This document shows positions 9,341-18,460 of a stretch of DNA of 21,664 nucleotides, piece after piece. Made by a program: the position numbers and the translations under genes. Positions within the stretch are counted from its first letter, which is position 1; the number at the start of each line of letters is the position of its first letter. The notes beneath the pieces are model-generated. The model saw only the letters and a program-made list of their open reading frames with translations. It was not told the origin of the DNA and searched no databases. Where the stretch lies: positions 1 through 21,664 of the forward strand of contig JARKSN010000060.1 of NCBI GenBank assembly GCA_029974275.1. The letters are read 5' to 3'. Source of the DNA: Candidatus Hydrogenedentota bacterium (GTDB taxonomy: Bacteria > Hydrogenedentota > Hydrogenedentia > Hydrogenedentales > SLHB01).

Positions 9341-10492
9341 ATGAAACTTCTATGCCCCTGCAGCACGCTCGATTTCGCCTTCGGGTATGGCTGCACCCCT
9401 GCGTGGTGGCAATTCTTCAAAGGCCTTTACGAACTGGGCCACGACGTGATCGCCGTTCCCTATCAGGGCCACGCGATCGCCTCGCCGTGGTGGCGCGTCT
9501 ATTCCAATCCCTGCCGCCTCGAGGGCGAAGCCTTTTCCCTGGCCAAACGCGCGCTCGGCTCGAAAGCCCCCTCGACCGCCCGAGGCATCTCCGGCTACGC
9601 ATCGAAGTCCCTCATCGAATCTTGGATTCGCCCGCGGTGGCAAGCGCACCTCGCGGACATTCTTGCGAAAGAGAAAAACGTCGACGCGGTAATCGTGTTC
9701 ACGATCCCCGTCAACCACTTCCGCGGCATCGCCGATGAACTCCGCGCGCGTTTCAACACGCCCTTCTACTACTACGACGGCGACGTCCCCGCGAGCCTGC
9801 CGCAATTCGGAGGATTCGCGTCGGGGTTCAACATCTACGAGGGAGCGAATCTTTCCGAATACGATGGGGTCATCTGCAACAGCGAGGGCGGCGCGGACGA
9901 TCTACGCCAGCTCGGCGCACGCAGCGTCACGACGATCCATTGGGGCGTCGATCCGGATATCTACGCGCCCTATCCGTGCGAACCGGACCGAGACGTATTT
10001 TTCTACGGGTTTGGCGTCGAATACCGCACGGAATGGGTAAAGACAATGCTGACCGATCCAAGCCTCGCCATGACCGACGCGCGCTTCGCCTTTGGCGGAC
10101 GGGGTTTTGACTGTGAACGGGGCAACGTCGCCATGGCGGGAGACGTGCCCATGAACGTGTTTCGCGAAGCGGCAGGACGCAGCCGCATCAACCTCAACAT
10201 CACGCGCAACGCCCACGCCAGCGTCTACGCATCATCCTCCATGCGCCCCTTCGAACTCGCCGCCATGGGCTGCTGCATCGTCAGCAACCCGTGCGCGGGC
10301 ATCGAGACCTGGTTCGATATCGGCCGCGAACTCCTCATCGTGCAATCAACCGAAGAAGCCATCGAAACATACCGGCGCCTCCTGGCCGATCCCGCCGCGC
10401 GCATCGCCTTGGGTGAATCCGCTCGCGCCCGCGTCCTCGACTGCCACACGCACCGCCACCGCGCCAAACAAATCGTGGCCGCCATCGCCTGA
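9341..10492 (+). CDS. CgeB-like GT-B glycosyltransferase (Glyco_trans_1_2-type C-terminal domain)
   Basis: ELGHDV, YYDGDVP, WGVDPDIY, SRINLNITR, SMRPFELAAMGCCIVS, and HTHRHRAKQI tail. GGAGG precedes ATG 9341. Confidence 0.85.
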   Translation: MKLLCPCSTLDFAFGYGCTPAWWQFFKGLYELGHDVIAVPYQGHAIASPWWRVYSNPCRLEGEAFSLAKRALGSKAPSTARGISGYASKSLIESWIRPRWQAHLADILAKEKNVDAVIVFTIPVNHFRGIADELRARFNTPFYYYDGDVPASLPQFGGFASGFNIYEGANLSEYDGVICNSEGGADDLRQLGARSVTTIHWGVDPDIYAPYPCEPDRDVFFYGFGVEYRTEWVKTMLTDPSLAMTDARFAFGGRGFDCERGNVAMAGDVPMNVFREAAGRSRINLNITRNAHASVYASSSMRPFELAAMGCCIVSNPCAGIETWFDIGRELLIVQSTEEAIETYRRLLADPAARIALGESARARVLDCHTHRHRAKQIVAAIA

Positions 10493-10533
10493 ACCGCCGC
10501 CGCCTTCACGCAAACGGACGCGCCCTCGAAAAA

Positions 10534-12255
10534 TCACGGCGTCCCCCCGAAAGAATCCCCGCGCAATTCCTCCGCCGGAAACATTTGATACGTCATGATG
10601 CGAGAGGCGCGAACCAGATCGAGACGATGCGCCCGGAGCAAAGCAGGAAGCGGATCGCCGTAAAACTCGATTCCCTCGGTCTCCACCAGCAGACGCCCCA
10701 CCGACTGCCGGAATTCCTTCCGAAATGCCGAGGCGCGCCGCCGCGCCGCCACCTCGTCAGGATAAAGCGACACGCACAGTTCCGACAGATCATACGCCGC
10801 CAACTCCATGGCGCCATCCGGAGGAGACGAAGCGGCAGCCGCCCGAAGATAACACTCCAGGATAAGACTATCCGGACCCGGAGCCGGACGAGCGCCGATT
10901 TCCATGCAATACGCCGCCACAGACGGATAGCCCGACCGCATCTGCAACACCTCGCGAATGCCAAAACTCGACGAAATAGCGGCAAGCGCCAGCCCTGTCG
11001 CAATCACGATACGCGACGCCGCGCGCATGGGGGAGGGCGACTCCCACGCGGCCATCGTCAAGGCAGCGATGGCCGTGACGAAGAAAGGCAGCGCGTACAG
11101 ATACGCGCGCACGACCAACACGCCCTTGACGGCGAACGTCGCATACGCGACAATTCCTGGCAGCGCGACAAGCGCAAGCAGCACGTATCCATCCGCCCGC
11201 CCAGAACGCAGCGCAGGCGCCCCATGACGCGACCACGCCCACGCGCCCATCCCCGCCAGAAAAAGCAGCGCGCACAACGCCCCATACCCTTCGTACAGAC
11301 CCAGAAAATACGGAAGCACAAGAAGGCCGCTCAGATGGGCCGGCTGGGAACCGTGATACATCCAACGCGGAAAATTCACTTCCAGAAAAGTCGGATGGGG
11401 ATACCCAAGACATTGCGATCGAAACAAAAGAATGAGTGGATAACTCGTTGCCTCCGCAAGGCCCATGGCCAGGAGAAAACCCGCCACATACAAAAGGCCG
11501 CCGCCCCAAAAACAACGGAACGCTTGCGCGGCGGGACGCATCCGGGCGCACAACAGGGTATGCGCCAACGCCGCAGGCGCAACAAGCGCAGCCGCTTGAT
11601 ACCCTCCCCAAAAGGCAACGCCCAGAAAAAAACCCGCCGCAAACAGCCAACGCAGCCTTCCCGCACGACTCGCCCAGCGAACCTGACACGCAAACGCGAT
11701 CGTGGCGAAAAACATCGGCATGGTCTGGGGGTACGCCGTGCGGCTGTTATAGACATGAAAACACGAGAAGGCGATCAAAAACGCCGCCATGAGCGCCGCG
11801 TTGCGTCCCGCCGCCCGCCGCGCAAACACATACGCAGCCACAACCCCCAACACTCCGAACAGGCTTTCGACAAAAGCGCCGGCCCACGTCACGAAACCCG
11901 TCGCAAGCATCGTCGCGCCGACGAAGTAGTAGAACAGCGTTTTCGGGAAAAACACGCCCGCATCCGTCATCTCGGCATGCAACCTCGTCAGATACGGAGC
12001 GAGTTCGAAGGAGGGACCGCCGCGCATCTCGGCCCATTTCCCCGCAAAAAGCCCAAAGATGCCGCGCAATTCAACGCTCTTCCCGTAGGAATCGAGCAAA
12101 TATCGCGCCTCATCCATGCCGAAAATGCCGGCATGCGGGATATCCCAGAAACGAAGAACCGCCGCGCCGATAAGGATGGCGGTAAGAACGGAGTAGTGCG
12201 TCGCCGTCAACAGAGCGCCGCACGGAACGTTGCGCGGAACCGGCTCATGGCGCAT
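10534..12255 (-). CDS. ArnT/PMT-like (GT-C fold) membrane glycosyltransferase
   Basis: LRFWDI...GMDEARY di-acidic motif after TM1, LFGVLGV...AYVFARR...AAFLIAFSCFHVYNSR, multiple TM helices, and a soluble C-terminal domain. Start is uncertain (ATG 12255). Confidence 0.75.
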   Translation of the reverse strand: MRHEPVPRNVPCGALLTATHYSVLTAILIGAAVLRFWDIPHAGIFGMDEARYLLDSYGKSVELRGIFGLFAGKWAEMRGGPSFELAPYLTRLHAEMTDAGVFFPKTLFYYFVGATMLATGFVTWAGAFVESLFGVLGVVAAYVFARRAAGRNAALMAAFLIAFSCFHVYNSRTAYPQTMPMFFATIAFACQVRWASRAGRLRWLFAAGFFLGVAFWGGYQAAALVAPAALAHTLLCARMRPAAQAFRCFWGGGLLYVAGFLLAMGLAEATSYPLILLFRSQCLGYPHPTFLEVNFPRWMYHGSQPAHLSGLLVLPYFLGLYEGYGALCALLFLAGMGAWAWSRHGAPALRSGRADGYVLLALVALPGIVAYATFAVKGVLVVRAYLYALPFFVTAIAALTMAAWESPSPMRAASRIVIATGLALAAISSSFGIREVLQMRSGYPSVAAYCMEIGARPAPGPDSLILECYLRAAAASSPPDGAMELAAYDLSELCVSLYPDEVAARRRASAFRKEFRQSVGRLLVETEGIEFYGDPLPALLRAHRLDLVRASRIMTYQMFPAEELRGDSFGGTP

Positions 12256-12330
12256 GCCCCTTCCCCCCAAAGCTCCCGGAAGGAGTGCGGAAAGCCCCTC
12301 TCCCAAAGAAAACTCTCCGCGCCTGCTTGT

Positions 12331-13206
12331 CTAGTTTTTCAGCCCCGTCAAGGAAATGCCCTGTATCATATAGCGCTGACAGAAAAAGAACAGGAATATG
12401 ACGGGCAGCGTCATCAGAAGCGTAGTGGCCATAAGCTCGCCGTACATGCTGGCGAAGTCGCCCTTAAACCACTGCAATCCCAGCGAAATCGTCATTTTGT
12501 CCTTCGTGATGATGAAGATGTACGGGCCCAAAAAATTGTTCCACGCCCCCTGGAAGGTCTGCACCGCGACCACCGCCAACGCGGGCTTGATCAACGGCAG
12601 GGTGATGGTCGAAAAAATGCGGAAATACCCGCAACCGTCGATTTTGGCGGCGTCGTCCAGGTCGATCGGCAACGTCATCATGAACTGCCGCAGCAAGAAA
12701 ATATGGAACGCGCCGCCAAAAAACGCGCCGAACCACAGCGGATTCAAGGTATTGTACCAGCCCATCCAATTGAAAATCAGGAAGCCCGGGATCATCGTCA
12801 CCTGCGCCGGCAGCATCATCGTGGCCAACACCATGATGAAGACGATATCGCGCCCGCGCCAACGGATTCTCGAAAACCCGAAGGCCACGAACGCACTGGA
12901 TATGACGTTGAGGACGACGTTGAGAAAGGCGACGTAGGAGGTGTTCCAAATCCATTGCCAGAACGGAATGAAACGCTGCGCACGAATGAAATTGCCGAAA
13001 ACCTCGTTCCAATCCAAGGGCCATTTCTTGAAGCATTCGGGCACGTCAAAGACGGAGGAATGAAAGATTTCCTGAGGCCCCTTGAAACACGTGACCAATA
13101 GCCACATGAACGGCATCGAGAAGACGACGCCGCCCACGATCAGCACGATGTGCATGATGCCGTGGCTCGTGATCTTTCGCAACAATCGCCTGGTCGCCAA
13201 TTTCAC
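12331..13206 (-). CDS. Carbohydrate ABC transporter permease (MalG/UgpE-like)
   Basis: AFGFSRIRWRGR, LATMMLPAQVTMIP, FLLRQFMMTLP, EAA loop LDDAAKIDG, and QGISLTGLK end. GGGGAG precedes the GTG start. Confidence 0.95.
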   Translation of the reverse strand: MKLATRRLLRKITSHGIMHIVLIVGGVVFSMPFMWLLVTCFKGPQEIFHSSVFDVPECFKKWPLDWNEVFGNFIRAQRFIPFWQWIWNTSYVAFLNVVLNVISSAFVAFGFSRIRWRGRDIVFIMVLATMMLPAQVTMIPGFLIFNWMGWYNTLNPLWFGAFFGGAFHIFLLRQFMMTLPIDLDDAAKIDGCGYFRIFSTITLPLIKPALAVVAVQTFQGAWNNFLGPYIFIITKDKMTISLGLQWFKGDFASMYGELMATTLLMTLPVIFLFFFCQRYMIQGISLTGLKN

Positions 13207-13275
13207 AACGATGTTCTCCCCTTGAATGCCTTGCCGCGGCCATCGTTCCGCAGGCTCGCGCGCCGGGTTGCCCGC

Positions 13276-15675
13276 CTATTCGTAATGCACCCACTTCTTG
13301 GCCAGTTTCGTCTGCAACAGCGTCAGCGCCAAAACAATCGCGAACAGTATCCACGCCATGGCCGACGCATATCCCATCTTGAAGTAACGGAAGGCGTTAT
13401 TGAACAGGTAGTACACATAGAACATCGTCGAATCCGCCGGGCCGCCCTTCGTCAAGATCAAGGCTTGGGCAAAGATTTGGAACACGCCGATAATGCCCGT
13501 CACGAACGAGAAAAACATGTACGGGGTCAGCATCGGCAACGTCACCGACCAGAATTGACGCCACTTGCTCGCGCCGTCGATGGACGCGGCTTCGTACAGA
13601 TGCGTCGGAATGCCCTGAAGGCCCGCCAACCACATGATCATGCCGCCGCCCGCGCTCCAGATGCCCATCAGCACGATGGCGGGCTTGCTCCACACGGGCG
13701 ACCCCAGCCACAGCGGCGGATTGGCCATCCCCAGCCACCGCAGCCCGTCGTTGATCAAGCCGTCCGGATTGAGCAGCGCATACCACAGCACGGAGGCCGC
13801 CACAGCCGGCGTGATGGCCGGCAGATAAAAGACGGTGCGGTAGATGGGCATGCCCTTGACCTTCGTATTCAACAGCAGGGCGATGCCCAGCGCGATCGCC
13901 ATGTGCACGAAGATAAAGCCGACCATGTACAGCGTATTGTTGAGAGACTTGATGAACAGGGGATCGTGGAACATGAGAAAATTGTAGTTCTGCAGCCCGA
14001 CCCACCGAGCCTTATGGATGACGTCGTAGTCGCAAAAACTCATCGCCAGCGAAAAGACCATCGGGCCCGCCGTGAACACCACAAATCCAATCAGCCACGG
14101 ACTGATGAAGATGGGCCCCATCCGGTTTTCGTGTCGCTGCAACGCGGTGGCGGCGCGCTCCTCGCGCGATTTGTGAAGCACATACCCCAAGGCTCCCAAA
14201 CACAAGACGCCCGTGATGATCCACACCGGCATCCAGCTAAACGGAGGACTGTCCATGCGGGCGTAATAAATATCGAGTTGCTCCTGCACGCGCCGGTTGG
14301 CGTTGGCGAGCGCCACCTTGGGGTCCTGTCCGTTGTACAACACGTGATCCACGGCGCTCTGGCACTCGTCGCGGATGATGGCATAGATCGGGCTGTTGGG
14401 AACCGGCTCAAAACGGAGGGTGTCCATCAAGTTCTTGCACGTGTCAAAAGCCGCTTTCAAATTGGGCCGGGTCGGAGCGTACTTGGCGGCCAACGCGTCG
14501 AAGGTCTTTTTGTTTGCACGAAACCCGCAATATTCTTCCACAAACTTCTTGTAAATCTCGGCCTTCCCTTTCGCCGAGCCGTCCATGAAAGCCAACATGC
14601 CTTCGGGGCTGTTGGCGAAACGGATGAAATCCCAAGCCTCTTTGGAGTGTTTGGCGTTGTAGGGAATTAGATACAGCGCATGTTTGGCGGACGTAGTGAT
14701 AGGCTTCAAGTCCGCGCGGGGCATGGGCACCGGCGCAATGCCCAGTTCCATGTCCGGAGCGGTGCGCATCGCCTCCGAAATCACGGTGTCGCCCTCGACG
14801 CCCATAACCACTCTGCCCGCGCCAAACGGCGACACCGAAGAACCAAACGTCTCCTGCATCTGGGCGAAGCGATCGTATTGCCGGCGTCCGCCCTGCACCT
14901 CGTACATCTTTTGCAGGAACGTCATGGCCTGCAAAGCCTCTGGACTGTCCAGCAAGCAGGTTCGTCCGTCTTCCGAAAGTATTTTCGCCCCCGTTTGGGC
15001 GATGTAGAACACCAAGTCGTCTTCTTTGTACGGCGCCACCACGCACGACGCCCAGCGGGTCACGTTGCCGCCTTCGTCCTTCTTGACAAGTTTGGCGGAG
15101 GCATCGATCCACTCGTCCCACGTGCGCGGCGGATTCTCGGGATCAAGACCTACCTCGCGAAAAATCGCCTTGTTATATGCAAGGAACAGGCTGTTGGTGG
15201 CTTCCACGATGCCGTATATCTTGCCGTCGGGGGCGCGCCCCGATTCCCAAATGCCGGCGTTATAATCCTCCCGATGCAACCCATCGGGGCGCGATTGGTC
15301 CTGCTCGATGAAATCGTCCAGTGGACGAAGAATCCCGCGCGCGGAAATATCGCCAAAAAGATTGACTTCGCGCTTGAACACGTCCGGCGGGACGTTTCCA
15401 ATCACGCCGCACAAGAGCTTTTGCAAGTCCTGTCCGCGATCGGACGGGCCTATGATCACCTTCACGTTGGGGTATTTTTTCTCGAACGCATCCACCAATG
15501 CGAGCGATCCGAATTTGACGAACGAGCCCATGTTCAGGCCCCATACGTGCAATTCTATTTTTCCGTCCGCCGTTTCCTCGGTCTCTCCCGACGCCACGGG
15601 CGTCATCCAGAAAAAGAGGGCGGCAACGGTCAGCGCAGCCATCGGATTTCTTGTTCGCCGGAACCAAGACGTCAC
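13276..15675 (-). CDS. Fused extracellular sugar-binding protein plus carbohydrate ABC permease (MalF/UgpA-like)
   Basis: Signal peptide, then an SBP domain (FEKKYPNVKV, PPDV, LRPLDDFI, LAYNKAIFREVGLDPENPPRTWDEW, EAWDFIRF), a linker TM (about 14170-14235), and a permease with FISPWLIGF, YRTVFYLPAI and EAA loop LYEAASIDGA. One continuous frame, with AAGGAGG before the GTG start. Confidence 0.93.
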   Translation of the reverse strand: MTSWFRRTRNPMAALTVAALFFWMTPVASGETEETADGKIELHVWGLNMGSFVKFGSLALVDAFEKKYPNVKVIIGPSDRGQDLQKLLCGVIGNVPPDVFKREVNLFGDISARGILRPLDDFIEQDQSRPDGLHREDYNAGIWESGRAPDGKIYGIVEATNSLFLAYNKAIFREVGLDPENPPRTWDEWIDASAKLVKKDEGGNVTRWASCVVAPYKEDDLVFYIAQTGAKILSEDGRTCLLDSPEALQAMTFLQKMYEVQGGRRQYDRFAQMQETFGSSVSPFGAGRVVMGVEGDTVISEAMRTAPDMELGIAPVPMPRADLKPITTSAKHALYLIPYNAKHSKEAWDFIRFANSPEGMLAFMDGSAKGKAEIYKKFVEEYCGFRANKKTFDALAAKYAPTRPNLKAAFDTCKNLMDTLRFEPVPNSPIYAIIRDECQSAVDHVLYNGQDPKVALANANRRVQEQLDIYYARMDSPPFSWMPVWIITGVLCLGALGYVLHKSREERAATALQRHENRMGPIFISPWLIGFVVFTAGPMVFSLAMSFCDYDVIHKARWVGLQNYNFLMFHDPLFIKSLNNTLYMVGFIFVHMAIALGIALLLNTKVKGMPIYRTVFYLPAITPAVAASVLWYALLNPDGLINDGLRWLGMANPPLWLGSPVWSKPAIVLMGIWSAGGGMIMWLAGLQGIPTHLYEAASIDGASKWRQFWSVTLPMLTPYMFFSFVTGIIGVFQIFAQALILTKGGPADSTMFYVYYLFNNAFRYFKMGYASAMAWILFAIVLALTLLQTKLAKKWVHYE

Positions 15676-15801
15676 GGTATTCCTCCTTGGGCGCGTTATG
15701 TTTCTTTACTTCCGGTTTCCCACTTGAAGATTTTCGAAAACGGCTGCTTTGCGAAAAACCAACGCCGTATCATTCAAAAAACATCGCCATCGCGCAAAAA
15801 C

Positions 15802-16875
15802 TCATCGGTCCTCCCAGACCAACGCCTCCGGCGGGAAATAGGGCAACGCCTCTTCACGCCAAAAACGCCAGATAGCCTGCGCGTCCGGTTCTTGGAGCGC
15901 CTGCCGCAACTCCTGCATGCAGGAACGCCTTCTCCAAGCGAGAAGCGCCTGGACCGTCGCCCCAATCGTCTCCGCCAGCGACCCGCCTTCATTCGGCAAG
16001 GAGCGGTCCCGATACGGCGGGGAATAGGATGCCTGATTGCCCCCCCGTTTTTCCAGTGCGATGCACCACGATGAACTCACGGCGGGACTCAGCACGGGGA
16101 AAACGCGTCGCTGTATCGCTTGACAAAGCCGCAACGCGCCTTCGTTTTCCAAATGGCGGCGATTCTCCGCATCGAATCGCGCGAAACGCGATCCCAGCAC
16201 ATGCTCCAGCAGCGCATTGCCGTTAAAAAAGTCATGGGGCATCGCCGCAACCACGGTCAGACCCAGATCAGCCGAAGCGCGTTCCACCTCGGCCAACGTC
16301 GCCGCCGTCTCGTACGTCATCGGCGAAATCGGCGCATGGACGGAGGAGGCTTCGGGAAACATCCGCGCCATAAACGCCCGTTGCTCTCCCGACGCCATAT
16401 CGAAAAGAATGCGGCCTCCCACGCGAAGCACCCGGGCATATTCGGCAAGCATCTGCCTCCATTGCGGGAAATGGCGCAACACCGTGATCGATACGACCGT
16501 GTCGAAGACAGCATTCCCAAAAGGAAGCCGCTCGATATCGCCTCGGACACACGGATACCCCAGGCCAAGCCGCCCGGCCTGTTCCTTCCCCTCGCGAAGC
16601 ATTTCCCTGGAAATATCCACGCCCGCGACGCTATGCCCCTTCGCCATAAGCGGGAACGTAAACCGCCCCGTTCCCGATCCGGCATCGAGCACGCAGTTCC
16701 CCCGAAGACTCTCCAACACAAACGTCATCTCGGTCAGATTCTTGAGCCGAATCACCGGATCGGCCTTGAACGCCTCAAATTGATATTCCTTGCCGGCGCC
16801 TTGTTGGGACCAGGTCCAGCGTTTGCGCTCCCGGATAGTTCGGGCAATCTCGTCCGGCAATTCCTGTTCCGCCAC
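15802..16875 (-). CDS. Class I SAM-dependent methyltransferase with a C-terminal extension
   Basis: VLDAGSGTGRF, GVDISREML, GDIERLPF...FDTVV, ARVLRVGG. GTG 16875 is preceded by AGGAG overlapping the upstream TAG. Confidence 0.9.
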   Translation of the reverse strand: MAEQELPDEIARTIRERKRWTWSQQGAGKEYQFEAFKADPVIRLKNLTEMTFVLESLRGNCVLDAGSGTGRFTFPLMAKGHSVAGVDISREMLREGKEQAGRLGLGYPCVRGDIERLPFGNAVFDTVVSITVLRHFPQWRQMLAEYARVLRVGGRILFDMASGEQRAFMARMFPEASSVHAPISPMTYETAATLAEVERASADLGLTVVAAMPHDFFNGNALLEHVLGSRFARFDAENRRHLENEGALRLCQAIQRRVFPVLSPAVSSSWCIALEKRGGNQASYSPPYRDRSLPNEGGSLAETIGATVQALLAWRRRSCMQELRQALQEPDAQAIWRFWREEALPYFPPEALVWEDR

Positions 16876-16885
16876 AAATGCGCTC

Positions 16886-17662
16886 CTATGCCGGGGTAGG
16901 GCGGTTCGGCCCCCGTTCTGAACGTTCCCGCTCGATCGCCCATGCACGAACGGTGCGCAATCTTCGCTGAAGCTGCCGTTTTCGAACCTGCTCCATCCAA
17001 CGCGCGATATCCGTTTCCGGTGGAAGCATGGCCTGCAGAAACGGAACCAGGACGTCATCGCCCCACAAATCGCAAAACGAATCATAGAGCTGGACGTGGT
17101 TTTTGAGGCGGAGTCTGTCCGTATAGGGTTTGCCCATGACCACGCTGTCCAGGTCGATAAGCCAGAACTGGAGCCCGTCGCGCGTTAGAATGTTTTTTCC
17201 GCTCAGGTCGGCGTGGTGCGCCCCCGACTCCGTCAGCCGATTCACCAACGCCGCGATGCGCGCCAGATACTCCGCCACGTCGTTGGAATCGGTTTTGCCG
17301 CGCACCAACTTCGCGGCATGCTCCTCAACCGTGCAACACGCGACAAGGGCGGCGGAGAGGAACGCATTGCCGGTGACGAACCCAAGCCAGGCATGCTCGA
17401 CGTACGCATAGGCGGCGGCCACTGGGATTTGCGCCCGTTCGAGATGCCAAGAGGCGGCCCAGGCCCGTCGATTGCGCCCGCGCCCGCGTTTCACCACGAA
17501 CGGCCCCACCAGTGTCGTCTCGGCCTTTTTCGACTGCTTCAGCAGCGCGCCTTTCGTCTTCAGGAGGTCCAAGACCGCCCTCACCGGCATCTCCGCGCGG
17601 CGCTCTATTCGCATCGTGTGCAACCCTTGGCGCACCACCTCGAGGCGCACGTCATTTTCCAT
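16886..17662 (-). CDS. Kdo/WaaP (InaA-like) family lipopolysaccharide kinase-like protein
   Basis: FVVK, RRAW, catalytic loop HADLSGKNIL, and WLIDLD. ATG 17662 overlaps the end of the upstream kinase gene by 11 nt. Confidence 0.8.
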   Translation of the reverse strand: MENDVRLEVVRQGLHTMRIERRAEMPVRAVLDLLKTKGALLKQSKKAETTLVGPFVVKRGRGRNRRAWAASWHLERAQIPVAAAYAYVEHAWLGFVTGNAFLSAALVACCTVEEHAAKLVRGKTDSNDVAEYLARIAALVNRLTESGAHHADLSGKNILTRDGLQFWLIDLDSVVMGKPYTDRLRLKNHVQLYDSFCDLWGDDVLVPFLQAMLPPETDIARWMEQVRKRQLQRRLRTVRAWAIERERSERGPNRPTPA

Positions 17663-18431
17663 GACGGCCTCGCAACGCAATGGCATCCGACAACCATCCC
17701 TTCGCCCGGTACAGCGCATTCCATGAACCTAACGGCAAAGGGCCATAGGCTCGATACAACACCTCGAACATCTCCCCAGAAAGCCCGTTCTTGTCAAAAG
17801 ATCGCCGGAGCCGCAACAGATTCCGCGTGCGCGCGGTCGCCGACAAGGAGTGCGCGATGCGCGCCTTGTCGAAATCCAACAGCACAATTCGATCGTTCGC
17901 AACAAGAAAATTCCGGACCTGCAAATCCGCGTGCCATACGCCCGCCTCGTGCATGGCGAAAACCGCCGCGCCCGCCAACGCAAGCATCGGAACCGCGTTT
18001 CCCCTGGATTCCTGAAGATACTGGAGCAACGTCACGCCAGACGCTTCCCGTGTCGCAATCGCGCCCCGCAACCAACATCCGCTGCGCTCCCAACAAACGC
18101 CAAGCGGATCGGGAACGGACAGTCCCTTCTCGACACAGCGCCAATGCGTTCGCAGTTCCCGCAAAGGCCGATTTTCCAGGAGATATCCTTCCGAAATGAG
18201 ATGCCGCATCAGCCCGCCGCGCCGGTACGGCCGCACAATGCCCGAGCCCTCGGGAAGGGGAAAGCGGAACACGGTTCCCCGTCCGCCGGAACAGAGGGGA
18301 ACGCACCCCGCGCCGTCCAGGAGGGCGTCGGCGATCACGGCGGCGTCTTGCACACGAACCAGCGCCGTCATGCCATTGCGCTCGATACGCGTAAAAGCGC
18401 TAGCAAAATCGGTGGAAGTAGGGCAATCCAT
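17652..18431 (-). CDS. kdkA: 3-deoxy-D-manno-octulosonic acid (Kdo) kinase-like
   Basis: GGRGTV, VRPYRRGGL, RPLREL, GLSVPDP, HADLQVRNFL, LDFDKA, NLLRLRRSFDK, the motif series characteristic of KdkA. Confidence 0.8.
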   Translation of the reverse strand: MDCPTSTDFASAFTRIERNGMTALVRVQDAAVIADALLDGAGCVPLCSGGRGTVFRFPLPEGSGIVRPYRRGGLMRHLISEGYLLENRPLRELRTHWRCVEKGLSVPDPLGVCWERSGCWLRGAIATREASGVTLLQYLQESRGNAVPMLALAGAAVFAMHEAGVWHADLQVRNFLVANDRIVLLDFDKARIAHSLSATARTRNLLRLRRSFDKNGLSGEMFEVLYRAYGPLPLGSWNALYRAKGWLSDAIALRGRHGK

Positions 18432-18460
18432 TCCTCTATCCCATGCCAGAGATCGCGCGA

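Noticed and set aside
10585..13101. 838-aa plus-strand ORF, and similar long antisense ORFs (13150-14670, 14680-16074, 777-1766, 6114-7058, 7259-8242)
   Set aside because: Arg/His/Gln-rich, motif-free shadows of well-supported minus-strand genes, as expected in high-GC DNA.
16876..17085. N-terminal extension of the methyltransferase, or a kinase-methyltransferase fusion by frameshift
   Set aside because: The extension overlaps the kinase C-terminus in another frame, and a clear AGGAG + GTG start exists at 16875.
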